DNA from: Macrostomum lignano
Lineage: Eukaryota
Assembly: GCA_002269645.1 (NCBI GenBank)
Contig: NIVC01000390.1
Location: 124,001 to 188,000 of the forward strand
Direction: 5' to 3'
Length of the DNA stretch: 64,000 bases
Shown here: one piece after another, positions 61,028 through 64,000 of the stretch
Position numbering within the stretch: position 1 is the stretch's first letter
Layout: each line of letters begins with the position of its first letter
Translations under genes and position numbers: made by a program
Notes under the pieces: model-generated
Seen by the model: the letters and a program-made list of their open reading frames with translations, nothing else
Told to the model about the DNA's origin: nothing
Database searches by the model: none

Positions 61028-62579
61028 CTATACCTTTTTGCAAAGAGGCCAAAACTGCGATCAATTAGGCCAGGGACAGGAAAGCCATAGACATCGTGTA
61101 AAAATACTGCAACCAGTTTGACCAAAACTGCGACCAATTTGGCCAGGGACAGGAAAGCCATAGACATCGTGTAAAAATACTGCAACCAGTTTGAACAAAA
61201 CTGCGACCAATTTGGCCAGGGACAGGAAAGCCATAGACATCGTGTAAAAATACTGCAACCAGTTTGAACAAAACTGCGACCAATTTGGCCAGGGACAGGA
61301 AAGCCATAGACATCGTGTAAAAATACTGCAACCAGTTTGGCCTAAACTGCGATGATTTTGGCCAGGGACAGGAAAGCCATAGACATCGTGTAAAAATACT
61401 GCAACCAGTTTGGCCTAAACTGCGATGATTTTGGCCAGGGACAGGAAAGCCATAGACATCGTGTAAAAATACTGCAACCAGTTTGACCAAAACTGCGATA
61501 AATTTGGCCAGGGACAGGAAAGCCATAGACATCGTGTAAAAATACTGCAACCATTTTGGCCAAAACTGCGATCAATTTGGCCAGAGACAGGAAAGCCATA
61601 GACATCGTGTAAAAATACTGCAACCAGTTTGGCCTAAACTGCGATGATTTTGGCCAGGGACAGGAAAGCCATAGACATCGTGTAAAAATACTGCAACCAG
61701 TTTGGCCTAAACTGCGATGATTTTGGCCAGGGACAGGAAAGCCATAGACATCGTGTAAAAATACTGCAACCAGTTTGGCCAAAACTGCGATCAATTTGGC
61801 CAGGGATAGGAAAGCCATAGACATCGTGTAAAAATACTGCAACCAGTTTGGCCTAAACTGCGATGATTTTGGCCAGGGACAGGAAAGCCATAGACATCGT
61901 GTAAAAATACTGCAACCAGTTTGGCCTAAACTGCGATGATTTTGGCCAGGGACAGGAAAGCCATAGACATCGTGTAAAAATACTGCAACCAGTTTGGCCA
62001 AAACTGCGATGATTTTGGCCAGGGACAGGAAAGCCATAGACATCGTGTAAAAATACTGCAACCAGTTTGGCCAAAACTGCGATGATTTTGGCCAGGGACA
62101 GGAAAGCCATAGACATCGTGTAAAAATACTGCAACCAGTTTGGCCAAAACTGCGATGATTTTGGCCAGGGACAGGAAAGCCATAGACATCGTGTAAAAAT
62201 ACTGCAACCAGTTTGGCCAAAACTGCGATCAATTTGGCCAGGGACAGGAAAGCCATAGACATCGTGTAAAAATACTGCAACCAGTTTGGCCAAAACTGCG
62301 ATCAATTTGGCCAGGGACAGGAAAGCCATAGACATCGTGTAAAAATACTGCAACCAGTTTGACCAAAACTGCGATCAAGTTGGCCAATGCAATTTTATTG
62401 TTGTATGTCGATCTGGGCGAACTTGATCACAGTTTAGGCCAAATTGGTTGCAGTATTTTTACACGTCAATGGGTTTCCTCTCAGCTTAGTTGGGTGAGCG
62501 GACTCGCGAAAGCGAAAGATTTTCTATCCCTGGCCAAATTGATCGCAGTTTTGGCCAACTAGATTGCAGAAAGCTATAG
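61028..62579. mobile_element. TA-flanked TIR element (Tc1/mariner-type MITE) containing about 18 tandem copies of a 73-bp unit
   Basis: Ends CTATA(C/G)CTTT(T/C)TGCAA are inverted and flanked by TA. Period 73 measured at 61073/61146/61219. Inverted copies of the unit lie at 62417-62560. Confidence 0.78.
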
Positions 62580-64000
62580 TATACGATGAACATTCATTGG
62601 TTAAAAAGTCCGGCCACGCTCAATAGTCCTCGGCTCGCTTCGCTTGCCCCGACACTATTTAATGTAGTCTCTGACCACAGAGAATGGCATTTATTGTATA
62701 CATATCGTAGAGGTCCCTCCCTGACTTATCTAAACCATTTTACCTCTTGTTTTATCCATTTGCAAAAATCTCTGTCGAAATAGATGTAACTTTGTTTCTT
62801 TTGAATTTCAAATCTGCCCATGCGCGTCACTCGGGGACAGTTTTATCAACAGAGTTAAAAGCGGAGATAAAAGCAACTTCACTGAGAGCTTGCGTGTTCT
62901 TCGCTCCCGGTATAAAATTTAGGCGTATAGGCTTTGTGGAATTCTCTTAGGTAGTGACATATGCTCTTCAACTCTTATAGAAGCAGGATTTGACTAGCTC
63001 CATCCGATACTCTCAGCTCCATGCGCGTGCCTAATGCTGATGACCGTCTATACTAAGTCTGAGTAGCTTGCCTTGAGTCTAAAGTTGAATCGTCATGAGC
63101 ACTTGAACAATTAAGAAGCCTTTTTTAGTTCCTCTTCAGAGTAATTAAGCCAACGATATATTGCCACTTTCAATTTGTGTCGTCCGCAGTTTGACTGGCA
63201 CTAAATTACGGGCTCAAGGCAGTGTGTGACTTTATTGCAGTGTGTGGACGACTCTCCTCAGTGTTACACTAAGGCTCTGAATTTGACATGCGGCTTACCC
63301 CCAAATGTAAGCGCTCTGCATACGTAATTGGCAGGTGCATAGTTCTCTCGGAACAAGGCGAGCGATGTAGCGGCTTAATGACGTTCTGGAATCCGGTCTC
63401 AAGAGCCTTTTGGCTAGTTACAAGCTAAAAGTTGCCACTTGGCGATAGAATTCACATGAGCAATTAGGAATCGTATTGTCAAATTCTTTTTTTGCATTGT
63501 TGGACAGGTATGGGTTGATGGGATTAGGAGAATTTTTATTGATAAAAAGTCCAGCTTTTCCTTGTAGGAATCGGTGAATGAACTTGAAAAAAGTGCCGAT
63601 GTGAAACTCATTTTCTATCCGGACGCCAGAAAAAGGTTGGGAGGTTGAATCTCTGATAGCGTTCATGGAAATTCTGAAATCCATGGACTGGAAGCTATAT
63701 CAAAGCGATTCTTCATAGAAGGCTGAAGGAAACTGTATATTATTCCTATAGCTGTACTCGAACTTGAATATTTGTAGTATACGTAAAAGAGTGAAAAATG
63801 CAGTTATTGATTCAATCTGCCTTCCGCCTTCGTGATGCCTCTCAGCATCCTTGCATCCTATTCCTTGATGGCCTCTAAGTCTCAAAATCTGGATCCTTTG
63901 AGTCCATACTGCAGTCACCCTATGGAAAAAATCCATATACTAAAAATGATGTGAGAAAGATTGATTTCTTAGCCTTAAGAAGTCACTTGGAATATTATTT

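Noticed and set aside
61065-62353. Long repetitive QYFYTMSMAF ORFs
   Set aside because: Frame-rotating translations of the 73-bp satellite.
63414-63936. Three short minus-strand ORFs near the right edge
   Set aside because: No recognisable motif or coherent splice chain within the window.

Overview
Eukaryotic, repeat-rich invertebrate genomic DNA. The Ala/Gln-rich GC-rich exons, introns filled with tandem repeats and TTAGGG tracts suggest a flatworm such as Macrostomum (inference only). Host genes reconstructed by hand from splice phases: an FMNL-type formin (minus strand, 5 exons in the window, 3' end outside), an intronless secreted 309-aa protein, a small Cys-rich single-pass membrane protein, a 5-exon TTLL10-like glycylase and a PUF60-like gene. 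Two related Ty3/gypsy LTR retrotransposons face each other tail to tail. A (33666-44601, +) is damaged; B (46293-55180, -) is intact, with near-identical LTRs and a 4-bp TSD. Both use a GGGAAAC -1 frameshift and encode a non-env third ORF. There are also solo LTRs, several MITEs with TSDs, a mariner relic and many satellites. The most striking signal is in the LTRs of this family. Four divergent LTR types each carry a CRISPR-like array with a 50-56 bp period, made of repeats (LTR-end ACA + tRNA-Leu primer-binding site) separated by distinct spacers. Element B appears to show a unit being added as a perfect 18-nt tRNA copy plus a duplicated U5 end. The same LTRs conserve blocks complementary to the 5' half of that tRNA-Leu, one of them tandemly amplified. 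tRNA sequences are recalled from the metazoan consensus and need checking against the host tRNA set.
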